Source of the DNA: Balanoglossus misakiensis
Taxonomy: Eukaryota > Animalia > Hemichordata
Reading direction: 5' to 3'
Length of the DNA: 64,000 nt
NCBI GenBank assembly: GCA_040954595.2
Contig: CM082579.2
Coordinates: 14,422,550-14,486,549, forward strand
Shown: piece after piece, positions 1 through 11,942 of the stretch
Numbering within the stretch: the stretch's first letter is position 1
Layout: each line of letters starts with the position of its first letter
Notes under the pieces: generated by a model
The model's input: the letters and a program-made list of their open reading frames with translations, nothing else
The model's database searches: none
What the model was told of the DNA's origin: nothing
Translations under genes and position numbers: made by a program

Positions 1-3000
1 CTGCCCATTAATTTTGAGTGTTTGGTGGGGTCAACCTTTGCGTCAACATTAACCAGAGCACACAGTAACCAGGCCGTAGTGGACAGTGTTCTGCCCATTA
101 ATTTTGAGTGTTTGGTGGGGTCAACCTTTGTGTCAACATTAACCAGAGCACACAGTAACCAGGCCGTAGTGGACAGTGTTCTGCCCATTAATTTTGAGTG
201 TTTGGTGGGGTCAACCTTTGCGTCAACATTAACCAGAGCACACAGTAACCAGGCCGTATTGGACAGTGTTCTGCCCATTAATTTTGAGTGTTTGGTGGGG
301 TCAACCTTTGCGTCAACATTAACCAGAGCACACAGTAACCAGGCCATAGTGGACAGTGTGTTGCCCATTAATTTTGAGTGTTTGGTGGGGTCAACCTTTG
401 CGTCAACATTAACCAGAGCACACAGTAACCAGGCCATAGTGGACAGTGTTCTGCCCATTAATTTTGAGTGTTTGGTGGGGTCAACCTTTGCGTCAACATT
501 AACCAGAGCACACAGTAACCAGGCCGTAGTGGACAGTGTTCTGCCCATTAATTTTGAGTGTTTGGTGGGGTCAACCTTTGCGTCAACATTAACCAGAGCA
601 CACAATAACCAGGCCGTAGTGGACAGTGTTCTGCCCATTAATTTTGAGTGTTTGGTGGGGTCAACCTTTGCGTCAACATTAACCAGAGCACACAGTAACC
701 AGGCCGTAGTGGACAGTGTTCTGCCCATTAATTTTGAGTGTTTGGTGGGGTCAACCTTTGCGTCAACATTAACCAGAGCACACAGTAACCAGGCCATAGT
801 GGACAGTGTTCTGCCCATTAATTTTGAGTGTTTGGTGGGGTCAACCTTTGCGTCAACATTAACCAGAGCACACAGTAACCAGGCCGTAGTGGACAGTGTT
901 CTGCCCATTAATTTTGAGTGTTTGGTGGGGTCAACCTTTGCGTCAACATTAACCAGAGCACACAGTAACCAGGCCGTAGTGGACAGTGTTCTGCCCATTA
1001 ATTTTGAGTGTTTGGTGGGGTCAACCTTTGCGTCAACATTAACCAGAGCACACAGTAACCAGGCCATAGTGGACAGTGTGCTGCCCATTAATTTTGAGTG
1101 TTTGGTGGGGTCAACCTTTGCGTCAACATTAACTAGGCCAGAGTGGCCAGTATCGTGCCCATTAATTTTGAGTGTTTGGTGGGGGTCAACCTTTGCGTCA
1201 ACATTAACCAGAGCACACAGTAACCAGGCCGTAGTGGACAGTGTTCTGCCCGTTAATTTTGAGTGTTTGGTGGGGTCAACCTTTGCGTCAACATTAACCA
1301 GAGCACACAGTAACCAGGCCATAGTGGACAGTGTGCTGCCCATTAATTTTGAGTGTTTGGTGGGGTCAACCTTTGCGTCAACATTAACCAGAGCACACAG
1401 TAACCAGGCCGTAGTGGACAGTGTTCTGCCCATTAATTTTGAGTGTTTGGTGGGGTCAACCTTTGCGTCAACATTAACCAGAGCACACAGTAACCAGGCC
1501 GTAGTGGACAGTGTTCTGCCCATTAATTTTGAGTGTTTGGTGGGGTCAACCTTTGCGTCAACATTAACCAGAGCACACAGTAACCAGGCCATAGTGGACA
1601 GTGTTCTGCCCATTAATTTTGAGTGTTTGGTGGGGTCAACCTTTGCGTCAACATTAACCAGAGCACACAGTAACCAGGCCGTAGTGGACAGTGTTCTGCC
1701 CATTAATTTTGAGTGTTTGGTGGGGTCAACCTTTGCGTCAACATTAACCAGAGCACACAGTAACCAGGCCATAGTGGACAGTGTGCTGCCCATTAATTTT
1801 GAGTGTTTGGTGGGGTCAACCTTTGCGTCAACATTAACCAGAGCACACAGTAACCAGGCCATAGTGGACAGTGTTCTGCCCATTAATTTTGAGTGTTTGG
1901 TGGGGTCAACCTTTGCGTCAACATTAACCAGAGCACACAGTAACCAGGCCATAGTGGACAGTATGCTGCCCATTGATTTTGAGTGTTTGGTGGCGTCAAC
2001 CTTTGCGTCAACATTAACCAGAGCACACAATAACCAGGCCGTAGTGGACAGTGTTCTGCTCATTAATTTTGAGTGTTTGGTGGGGTCAACCTTTGCGTCA
2101 ACATTAACCAGAGCACACAGTAACCAGGCCATAGTGGACAGTGTTCTGCCCATTAATTTTGAGTGTTTGGTGGGGTCAACCTTTGCGTCAACATTAACCA
2201 GAGCACACAGTAACCAGGCCGTAGTGGACAGTGTGCTGCCCATTAATTTTGAGTATTTGGTGGGGTCAACCTTTGCGTCAACATTAACTAGGCCAGAGTG
2301 GCCAGTATCGTGCCCATTAATTTTGAGTGTTTCGTGGGGGTCAACCTTTGCGTCAACATTAACTAGGCCAGAGTGGCCAGTATCGTGCCCATTAATTTTG
2401 AGTGTTTGGTGGGGGTCAACCTTTGCGTCAACATTAACTAGGCCAGAGTGGCCAGTATCCTGCCCATTAATTTTGAGTGTTTGGTGGGGTCAACCTTTGC
2501 ATCAACATTAACCAGAGCACACAGTAACCAGGCCATAGTGGACAGTGTTCTGCCCATTAATTTTGAGTGTTTGGTGGGGTCAACCTTTGCATCAACATTA
2601 ACCAGAGCACACAGTAACCAGGCCGTAGTGGACAGTGTGCTGCCCATTAATTTTGAGTGTTTGGTGGCGTCAACCTTTGCGTCAACATTAACTAGGCCAG
2701 AGTGGCCAGTATCGTGCCCATTAATTTTGAGTGTTTGGTGGGGGTCAACCTTTGCGTCAACATTAACTAGGCCAGAGTGGCCAGTATCCTGCCCATTAAT
2801 TTTGAGTGTTTGGTGGGGTCAACCTTTGCATCAACATTAACCAGAGCACACAGTAACCAGGCCATAGTGGACAGTGTTCTGCCCATTAATTTTGAGTGTT
2901 TGGTGGGGTCAACCTCTGCATCAACATTAACCAGAGCACACAGTAACCAGGCCGTAGTGGACAGTGTGCTGCCCATTAATTTTGAGTGTTTGGTGGCGTC

Positions 3001-3750
3001 AACCTTTGCGTCAACATTAACTAGGCCAGAGTGGCCAGTATCGTGCCCATTAATTTTGAGTGTTTGGTGGGGGTCAACCTTTGCATCAACATTAACCAGA
3101 GCACACAGTAACCAGGCCATAGTGGACAGTGTTCTGCCCATTAATTTTGAGTGTTTGGTGGCGTCAACCTTTGCGTCAACATTAACTAGGCCAGAGTGGC
3201 CAGTATCCTGCCCATTAATTTTGAGTGTTTGGTGGGGTCAACCTTTGCATCAACATTAACCAGAGCACACAGTAACCAGGCCATAGTGGACAGTGTTCTG
3301 CCCATTAATTTTGAGTGTTTGGTGGGGTCAACCTTTGCATCAACATTAACCAGAGCACACAGTAACCAGGCCGTAGTGGACAGTGTGCTGCCCATTAATT
3401 TTGAGTGTTTGGTGGGGTCAACCTTTGCGTCAACATTAACCAGAGCACACAGTAACCAGGCCATAGTGGACAGTATGCTGCCCATTGATTTTGAGTGTTT
3501 GGTGGGGTCAACCTTTGCGTCAACATTAACTAGGCCAGAGTGGCCAGTATCGTGCCCATTAATTTTGAGTGTTTGGTGGGGGTCAACCTTTGCGTCAACA
3601 TTAACTAGGCCAGAGTGGCCAGTATGCTGCCTATTAATTTTGAGTGTTTGGTGGGGTCAACCTTTGCGTCAACATTAAGCAGGCCAGACAGTAACCAGGC
3701 CAGAGTGGACAGTATCCTGCCTATTAATTTTGAGTGATTTGTGGGTCAAT
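1..3750. repeat. Tandem array of a 90-bp unit with 75/74-bp deletion variants (runs off the window start)
   Basis: Unit CTGCCCATTAATTTTGAGTGTTTGGTGGGGTCAACCTTTGCGTCAACATTAACCAGAGCACACAGTAACCAGGCCGTAGTGGACAGTGTT repeats with period 90. The short variant (AACTAGGCCAGAGTGGCCAGTATC) appears at about 1131 and repeatedly after 2280. The last unit (about 3670-3750) is degenerate. Confidence 0.98.
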
Positions 3751-4160
3751 TTGATCAAATACTGCCTACCGCTGGCGCTGCATATTTGAAGAAATGTGAA
3801 AAGATGGCAAGACAGGTTTGGTAAATGTGGGCCCCCTAACTGAAGCAAAAGCACAAACTTAAAACAAAGATATGAATTTGGAAGAGTTTTATTTATTACA
3901 TATGAAAAATAATGAAGACTTATGCTTCAAAGTAAGTATCGACGGAGTCGAACCGCCAATGCTGCAATGGCATTATACCCATAATACTTTTTTGCTTTTT
4001 GCATGAATTTCATTATTTTTCATATGCTGTGCAGCTAAAGTGTGGCTAGATGGCTAACTGCTGATGTAAAATATCTTGCATACCAATTTGGAACAATTAC
4101 CCCAAGTAGTGGTCAAACAGAAACAATGCTTGCATTCAATTTAAAACAAGGTGACAAAAG

Positions 4161-4266
4161 TGGTTGAAATGAAACAATAAGCAAAAACAGTGTTTATCAA
4201 ACTGAAATAATGTGGTCGAAATGAAACAATGAGCAAAAACAGTGTTTATCAAACTGAAATAATGTG
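4161..4266. repeat. 52-bp tandem duplication
   Basis: TGGT(T/C)GAAATGAAACAAT(A/G)AGCAAAAACAGTGTTTATCAAACTGAAATAATG occurs twice in tandem. Confidence 0.9.
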
Positions 4267-4693
4267 CCAAAATAGCTCCTGTTGATATTGCACAAAATTA
4301 ACTGTTGCATTCTACCCTTGAGTTAATTTTTATTTCCAGGCAATTATGTGCTTAATACTAAATATTATCTATGGGTACAAACCATCAGTTTCTTAAGTGC
4401 AAATCGCAAGAAGCTCCCCCATACAATTTTAGTGTTTTTTTAAATCAAGCAAGATAATTACATACTGTGTGATAAACTAACTAACTTTACGCGCCTGGGG
4501 ACAGTTAAAAACCTCGAGCCAAATATAAAATGAGGAAAAACTGCCCCCTCCCCCGTTGTGAATTTTAAAAGGTTGGGGCTCAAACTAACCAGAATTGTCT
4601 TGCCGACTCCTATTTTTCTGTGTACATTTTGATGTATTGTTGTTACGCGAGATTGAGGATTCGTGTTGATGCGGGAATTACGATGACGAAAGC

Positions 4694-4891
4694 AAAAAAT
4701 CCATCGGCGAATCAAACGGGCACACGGCGAAATTCCATTACACGACGATCCAACTGCGATGAAGAACGCGAACGCGGGTAACGTTGTAAAAAATCCATCG
4801 GCGAATCAAACGGGCACACGGCGAAATTCCATTACATGACGAGCGACCTGCAATGAAGAACGCGAACGCGGGTAACGCTGCAAAAAATCCG
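4694..4891. repeat. 94-bp CpG-rich tandem duplication
   Basis: AAAAAATCCATCGGCGAATCAAACGGGCACACGGCGAAATTCCATTACA...GAAGAACGCGAACGCGGGTAACG occurs twice (CCATCGGCG at 4701 and 4795). Confidence 0.9.
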
Positions 4892-5312
4892 CAGACAATT
4901 ATTACACGAATGCATAGCAACAATTATTTTACCCAACCTGACACTAATAAATTACCCAATGATTTTAAATTTCTTATTATTACACCCCAACTAATCATTA
5001 TACCTTTGTAATATTAACACCGTTTATACACATCCCATAATTTTTGTACCATCAAGTTAATACCATTTTATTATTATTATACCACCAAAACCATGTGTTA
5101 CCCATTTTTTTTATTATTACACCATTGATGTTAACACCTTTATATATTATACCGGTATTTACCCTCTGTACATGTACAGTTTTTATTTACCACGTGGCAT
5201 TACTCATGTTTTTATAGTATTTTAATTACTTATCATACCCTTGAAACCATAATATTATACCCTTGCAGACAGTTTTATTATAGTACCCTTGTGCACAATG
5301 TCTTATTAGTCA

Positions 5313-5490
5313 TCATACACCAACCCTTCACCATTTCATTAGATTATACCATTTTTATTAGCCTAACCTGTTTATACACCAACCCTTCACCATTCCGTTA
5401 GATTATACCATTTTTTATTACCCTAACATATTCATACACCAACCCTTTACTATTCCCTCAGATTAAACCATTTTTATTAGCCTAACCTAT
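5313..5490. repeat. 59-60-bp tandem repeat, 3 copies
   Basis: ATACACCAACCCTT(C/T)AC...AGATTA(T/A)ACCATTTTTATTA(G/C)CCTAAC repeated three times. Confidence 0.85.
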
Positions 5491-5639
5491 TGACAGCATC
5501 CCTCTGGTTTTGATATTGTTATCTGGTGCGGCGTTGTTGTAGATATTGATTAGACTCCCTCCGGCGATGATAATACCAATGAACCTATTGAAAAAAAAGA
5601 ATGAATATTATTAATTAGATCAGATCAACAAATCATGGC

Positions 5640-6350
5640 GTCGTTCATCCCTCTGGTCACAGGAGCATCATCTGGCGTCGTTACAGGTTTAAGTTCATCC
5701 CTCCAGTACAGTATAAGGTGGCGGCGTCGTTACAAGTATTAAGTTCATCTCTCCAGTACAGTATTAGGTGGCGGCGTCGTTACAAGTATTAACTTCATCT
5801 CTCCAGTACAGTATTAGGTGGCGGCGTCGTTACAAGTTTAAGTTCATCCCTCCAGTACAGTATTAGGTGGCGGCGTCGTTACAAGTATTAACTTCATCTC
5901 TCCAGTACAGTATTAGGTGGCGGCGTCGTTACAAGTATTAACTTCATCTCTCCAGTACAGTATTAGGTGGCGGCGTCGTTACAAGTATTAACTTCATCTC
6001 TCCAGTACAGTATTAGGTGGCGGCGTCGTTACAAGTATTAACTTCATCTCTCCAGTACAGTATTAGGTGGCGGCGTCGTTACAAGTATTAACTTCATCTC
6101 TCCAGTACAGTATTAGGTGGCGGCGTCGTTACAAGTATTAAGTTCATCTCTCCAGTACAGTATTAGGTGGCGGCGTCGTTACAAGTATTAACTTCATCTC
6201 TCCAGTACAGTATTAGGTGGCGGCGTCGTTACAAGTATTAACTTCATCTCTCCAGTACAGTATTAGGTGGCGGCGTCGTTACAAGTTTAAGTTCATACCT
6301 CCAGTACAGTATTAGGTGGCGACGTCGTTACAAATATTACACTCCCTCCA
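5640..6350. repeat. 50-bp (49-50) minisatellite, about 13-14 copies
   Basis: AACTTCATCTCTCCAGTACAGTATTAGGTGGCGGCGTCGTTACAAGTATT at period 50 (ACTTCATCTC or AGTTCATCTC at 5891, 5941, 5991 ... 6241), with degenerate edge copies. Confidence 0.97.
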
Positions 6351-6999
6351 GCAGCAGTGTTACCAAAGAACCTAATGTAAAAAAAGAATGAAATTATTTT
6401 AATAATCTGATTAGGTCAAGTCATCATATTGATATAGAAAACGACAAGAAGAAATCATTTAAAAATTAACGCTGCCAGCACCATTGGTTGGGCCCAAACG
6501 GTTCCCATGGTTACCAGGGTATGCCAAGGCTGTATTCTGCTGTGAATACCAAGATATATGAAAGCTGGTCAAAGGTTACCCCAGGGTCATTGAAAATCGC
6601 AAAAAATAGCGTCAAGGACACTGTGGTCTCATTTAGTGATTACACTAGAAAAAGTCTACACAGGAGTACAGACAGACAGACACACACATAGAGAGGCAAT
6701 AAAATATGATGCCCCCCCCCAGCCCCGAAAACATCTTGATCTTATGTATGCTGGCCTGGTACAATAGACAAACCAGCCAATTAATGAAAATGTTGTACAA
6801 ATACAGAGCTCAAAGTTGCATTTTAGTGAGCCCAAAAGCAAATTAACTCAATGTTATGACAAATTTTACTTTGCCACTCAAAGTTTGCATCGGTGGGGTG
6901 GGATGGCAAGTACTCTTCCCTGATACAATAGACAAACCAGCCAATAAATGAAATGAGGTGAAGAATGAAGGTGAAGAATGAATAACTTTATTTGATTCC

Positions 7000-9150
7000 A
7001 TTATCTAAACAAACACATCCAATTAACTTCCTACTCAAATTTCAAAGTAATCAGTCATAGGTTTTGTAAATCATCATGAGAAATCACCCTGAAACCAAAT
7101 CAAATCAAAAATCATATAAGCCTAGTCGGGCTCTGCGCTCCAGCTCAAGGAACCAGTTGTGTGTACCAAAGTACAGACTCAAAACATATGGTGGATGTGC
7201 CTTTTCCCTTGTCGCGCCACAACTTTGGAATTCTCTGCCATCTGACATTCAACAGGCTTCTAGTCTCAACATTTTCAAACAAAAACTCAAGACATTTCTA
7301 TTTGTCAAAGCCTACGAACACTGATGTTATACTTTCAGCGCCTTTGGAAATAACATTGTTATTGATTCTGGCGCTTTATAAATGTTTGTTTTGATTTGAT
7401 TTGATTTGATCCCCCAAAAATATACTATTCAATTCATCAAGTTGATTTGAAAAACATACATGCAAATCTTACTTGAGCTACCCCTAACATGACTAACAAA
7501 TTTTAAAGCAATGGAACAAGCGGTTTTAGCGAAAAAAAATTAATTAAACAAGGCTGAAATTGCTCCAAAATTATCAATATGCAAATTTTGCAACATTTCA
7601 ACAAAAGTATTGTAACTCATATCACCTACATGAAGCTTCATACTAAATTTTTTTACCACAAATGAGGAAAAAGGCAAAAAATGCATAAAATAGAACATTC
7701 AAACTATTAGTTAAAAAAATACAGGATTGTATGTGGTTGACATAAGGTACTTGCATACCAATTGTCAAATCAATCTGTAAATTATCATGAGAACAAACCC
7801 TGAAACCTTCAAATCAAATTTCAAAGCAGTGGGGGTAAAGGGGGCACAGTACGATATTTTACCCACAACTCTCCATGATTTGTATCATCGAGATTGTCCA
7901 TTTAATTACTTTCTGTTTTAGATACTAACAATGATATGAAGTACATATAACTGTATTAAGATTTATCTAGAAAAAGTATGTTGAGGAGAATTAGAGTGAA
8001 AATTTCAAAATCAAGATTTAAAAGCCATAGAAATCAAAGTATTCATTCATGTACGTCAAATGTCACACTTAGGAGGAAAGAAGCAATGACTAACTGAGGT
8101 GGCCAGTCTCTGTTGAAAGTTAACATGTAAATTTCCATTGTTCTGTCTATAGAAAAAAATCAATATTGTTTTGTTTGATTAAACAAGTGTTTCAAGTGTC
8201 CCTGTTTTACTTCAAACTTTTTTGTATCGGCTGGCTATGCAATTGCTTATTTTATAAAATTTGTATCTCCTCTTTCAATAATGCATGATTTTGTTTATCA
8301 TTTGAAATGGTAATTGACAATAAGATTCGCCTTTAAAGCATGCTCTCAAAATTTGTATTAGTGGTCTACAATTTTCTCTACACATGTGAACTTTGCCTGG
8401 TTTGACCGAGTAATCTCTGGTTGTACAAACCAGAGTGATTCATGGGATATTTCACGTACTGTGGGGGGTTCTGAGAAGAGTTTTGACCGAAAATGGCAAA
8501 AATCATCCCAAAAATATACTATTCAATTCATCAAGTTGATTTGAAAAACATACATGCAAATCTTACTTGGGCTACCCCTAATATGACTAACAAATTTCAA
8601 AGCAATGTAACAACCGGTTTAAAAAAAAAATTCAAAAACGGCCGAAATTGCTCCAAAATTATGAATATGCAAATTTTGCAACATTTTAACAAAAGTATGC
8701 TAACTCATATCACCTATATGAAGCTTCATACTAAATTTCAAAGAAGTCGTCTCATCAATTTTAGAAAAGTAGATGTTTTACCAAAAATGAGGAAAAAGGC
8801 AAAAAATGCATAAAAATAGAACATTCAAACTATTCAAAATACAGGACTGTATGTGGTTGACATAAGGTACTTGCATACCAATTGTCAAATCAATCTGACC
8901 AGTGGTTTTGACCAATTTCAAATTTTCCCAGCTAATTTGCATTTATTTAACAATTTCAACTGAATATGGCTGCCAGGTCAAATGACTGATTTGAATTTCA
9001 AGGTGCACACTCATTGGCAAGGACAACTGTGACAAATTCAAGAAGCATAGGTGTGGCAGGTTTTCAGAGCAAGGTGTAAAAAATATCCAGGGAATGGGGC
9101 CCAAGCTCCTAAAAACCCAGCACAATACCAATAGGGACTCATATTACTAA
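7000..9150. mobile_element. Helentron-associated (HINE/pearl-like) interspersed repeat copies (about 7000-7830 and 8470-9150)
   Basis: 7411-7780 and 8505-8900 are near-identical. They share the family motifs GAAGCTTCATACTAAATTTCAA and GACATAAGGTACTTGCATACCAATT, which recur across 10.5-21.3 kb. Confidence 0.65.
7115..7410 (+). mobile_element. 5'-truncated L2/CR1-group LINE 3' end (ORF2 C-terminus, 3' UTR, (TTTGA)n tail)
   Basis: ORF 7076-7324 contains YKPSRALRSS...YGGCAFSLVAPQLWNSLPSDIQQASSLNIFKQKLKTFLF, typical of L2/Crack ORF2 ends. It is followed by an AGCGCC...GGCGCT stem and a TTTGA microsatellite tail. It is inserted at CAAAAATCAT|CCCAAAAATATACT of the host repeat; the uninterrupted site is at about 8500-8520. 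Confidence 0.9.
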
Positions 9151-9243
9151 CAAAGTGTAAGCCTGTAATAAGTCAAAAGCTGCACATCTTTTTACCACCT
9201 CGTGCCAGTACTAAGCAATAAGACTTTTTATAGAGTTGTTTAA

Positions 9244-9974
9244 GGTGGCACTGCATGAAACCGTCGAGACTTTTTCAGAGGCCTATTTCTCATCAAAGAC
9301 AAAGTTTAAACCCCCATAAACCATATATATTCTGGAAGCTGAGATTTTGAACTTTTGTTTGAGTTGCAAATATTATTGATCCCCGGAAATGGTGGCGATT
9401 TTGGGCGAAAAAACCCATTTTTTGATATTATGTCATGAAATTTAAAATAGGTAAAAAAGTTGACCATGCATCATGCATCTTAATATGTCATTCGAAACTA
9501 AAGTACACGTGCAAAAAAAGCTAATTTTGTTTTGCGTTATCTGCTTCCATTGAGGAGTAACAGCGTTTGAAAGTTAGATTTTCTGAAAATTTGATCAAAT
9601 TCACGGTGAGTTGTATTGAATCAGAGTTTATTCCCGCTAGGGACACTTTATCGACATACAAAACTAGAGTTTTGTTGGATGGGTCATACACAATTCCCTG
9701 TCAAAATTTGAGCAAATTCGGCCAATGCAGGGCGAAGCTATTTTAGTCCGAAGTTGTCAAAAGCAGCGAAAATGCAAACCGAGAAAAACGGCCATTTGCA
9801 TTGTTGACACCTATTTGTTAAGCTGTGAACTCATTCAGAAAAGTGCTATTTGGGGGTGATTGTGCACCATTTCCGCCAAGACGTATTAGTCAGGATGTGG
9901 GTGAGTATTAGGCCTACCGATTTACGTAAAAAGTAAAATTTGGCAAAAATCACAACTTTTCATGCAATGCCACC
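9244..9974. mobile_element. Non-autonomous DNA transposon with TTAA TSD and GG...CC termini (Kolobok-like)
   Basis: TTAA|GGTGGCACTGCATGAAA ... TTTCATGCAATGCCACC|TTAA: 17-bp TIR with one mismatch, TTAA at 9240-9243 and 9975-9978. Confidence 0.88.
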
Positions 9975-11319
9975 TTAATTGTCTCTGCTGATGCCAGAGA
10001 TTGAAAAAGAATCCTACAAGTTAGGATTTTCAGAAACAATGATAGCTATTTCTATTACTGTTTGTAAACAAAAATGTGATGTTCACCGCCTTGTTTTCAG
10101 AAAAGTATTTACATAAATGTTTTTCCATAGAGTTAACACAGACATTGGCAGCCATCTTGAATTTCAAAAACTGCAACAATATCTCCAATGCAACAAATCT
10201 GCAAATTGTACTATTTGACACCTGACTTAGGTCAAGGGGTTTCAGAGATGATGACTACTCTTCAGACTCAGACAAAATAATAATGCAATATTCAGCAGAA
10301 TTTCAAAAGCATTGACTAAGATCACCAAGGGACAATTCATACCAAAGATCAAAACAATTAGACGTACCTATTTTAAAGATCATTATGAAAACTTTACAGA
10401 TTCGGTTATAATGTAAATAAAAGTAGATCACCCCTGTGGACATGGCAATCAGACATGCATATTCTGACAAGATTTTTTGTTTGTACAAAAAGGCAACTGT
10501 CTCCAAAATACAAAATTACAGATTATGTCACATACCTCAGGGAGATCAATACTAAATTTCAGAGAAAATTTCCCCCCAAATATGCAAATTTCACCATATT
10601 TTGAAGAAACAACTTGTGTCATACCTAGAAACCTGCATAGTCAAAGTAATCTACGAGCTTAGCTTTTTTCTTCCAAAAACAGCAAAAAACTTGTTCCAAA
10701 CTACAAATATGCAGAATTCAACACAATTTGAACACACATTACTTCGCCACCCCAAGAAACCTGCACACCAATTTTAAAAGCACTTGCGCCAGTGATTTCA
10801 GAAAAGAAAAATGTTGACAGACATAGGATGACTGAACATCTATCTACCTGTCAGATAACTTTTGCAGTGCTGAGAGCAGAGCTAGAGATTGGTGTTGTCT
10901 TTTTACATTTTAAATCATCACACTTTGCTACTCAAAGCTACTATTCTGCTATGCTTGAGAAATGACTTGGGACCATTTTTGGCAAACAATAGTCACTAAT
11001 CTTCCTCAGTTTATAGTACAATGTACCGACACTGTTTTAGTAATGTACTGAAAATGTTCAGACTATTTCTTGTGTCTGCATATGTCTTTAGTACAGAAGA
11101 ATAATCTATCCGGTTGTCATTTCTCTGTTTATTCAGAAATAAACTAGTCTGGGTTGCAACAGTAAAAATTTTAAAATATTCATACCCTTTCTGAAGGATG
11201 TTCAAAACCAATACCTATGTGAAGCATTATATCAAATTTGCTGGGTAACTGTGGATTTATAACTTTTGCTAATTACAGTGCTAACTCACACTGGATGATT
11301 CGACGGTAATTTTAGATTC

Positions 11320-11942
11320 ATATGAAGATTTTTTACCAATAATGTTGAAAAATACAAACAAATGCATCAAAAATAGAAAATCAAAATTAGCTCAAAACAT
11401 ACAGGACTGTATGAGGTAGGCATAAGGTACTTGCATACCAATTTCCAAATCAATCTGACCAGCAGTTGTTGAATTTTGCGAGTTTTGACCAATTTCACAT
11501 TTTCCAGCTAATTTGCATATATTTGGTAATGACATTTTCATGTTAACAAACTCCAATCTACAGCCCAGCCTGCATCTGCACACCAAATATCGAGGTGATA
11601 TGCACAACGGTTTTCAAGTTTTAGATGTGGACGGACATACAGACATACATCCATACAAACAGACAGACATACTGTAAAACACTTTATTTTCGCGAGCAAT
11701 TAATTTTCGCCAAATACGCGAGAGCCAAAATAACGTGAAAATAAAAAGTCGCGTAAATTGTTTTTGAAGATAACGATGCAGTGAATGAAATAAGAGAACG
11801 CGAAAATTAATACTCGCGAAACAGTGGCCTCTCTCGATATCGCGAAAAATTTAACTCGCGAAAATACAGTACATCCATACATAAATACAGACGCAACTGA
11901 TTCCATAAGGCCCATGGTACATACCATATGGGACCTAAAAAC
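11320..11942 (+). mobile_element. HINE-like element 3' part with (ACAG/ACAT)n microsatellite and terminal hairpin
   Basis: Family core, then GGACGGACATACAGACATACAT, then the hairpin AGGCCCATGGTACATACCATATGGGACCT followed by an A-run. The same end occurs at about 13935-13965, 14410-14460, 20715-20760 and 21240-21280. Confidence 0.7.
11672..11869. mobile_element. TA-flanked MITE (CTGTA...TACAG) inserted in a HINE microsatellite
   Basis: TA|CTGTAAAAC...AAAATACAG|TA with multiple internal TTTTCGCG/CGCGAAAA motifs. It interrupts the ACAGACAT/ACATCCATAC tract. Confidence 0.8.

Noticed and set aside
22-3678. 829-aa ORF and following ORFs as a repeat protein gene
   Set aside because: They arise from a 90-bp (multiple of 3) tandem unit that is also stop-free on the reverse strand. 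There is no ATG start or unique domain, and 74-bp units frameshift it.
3939-3959. tRNA gene or SINE (minus-strand GGCGG-TTCGACT-CCGTC, a T-arm/B-box-like hairpin)
   Set aside because: No convincing A box, D-arm, anticodon arm or acceptor stem; at most a tiny remnant.
5640-6350. CRISPR-like array
   Set aside because: Units are contiguous and near-identical, with no unique spacers and no cas genes, in a eukaryotic context.
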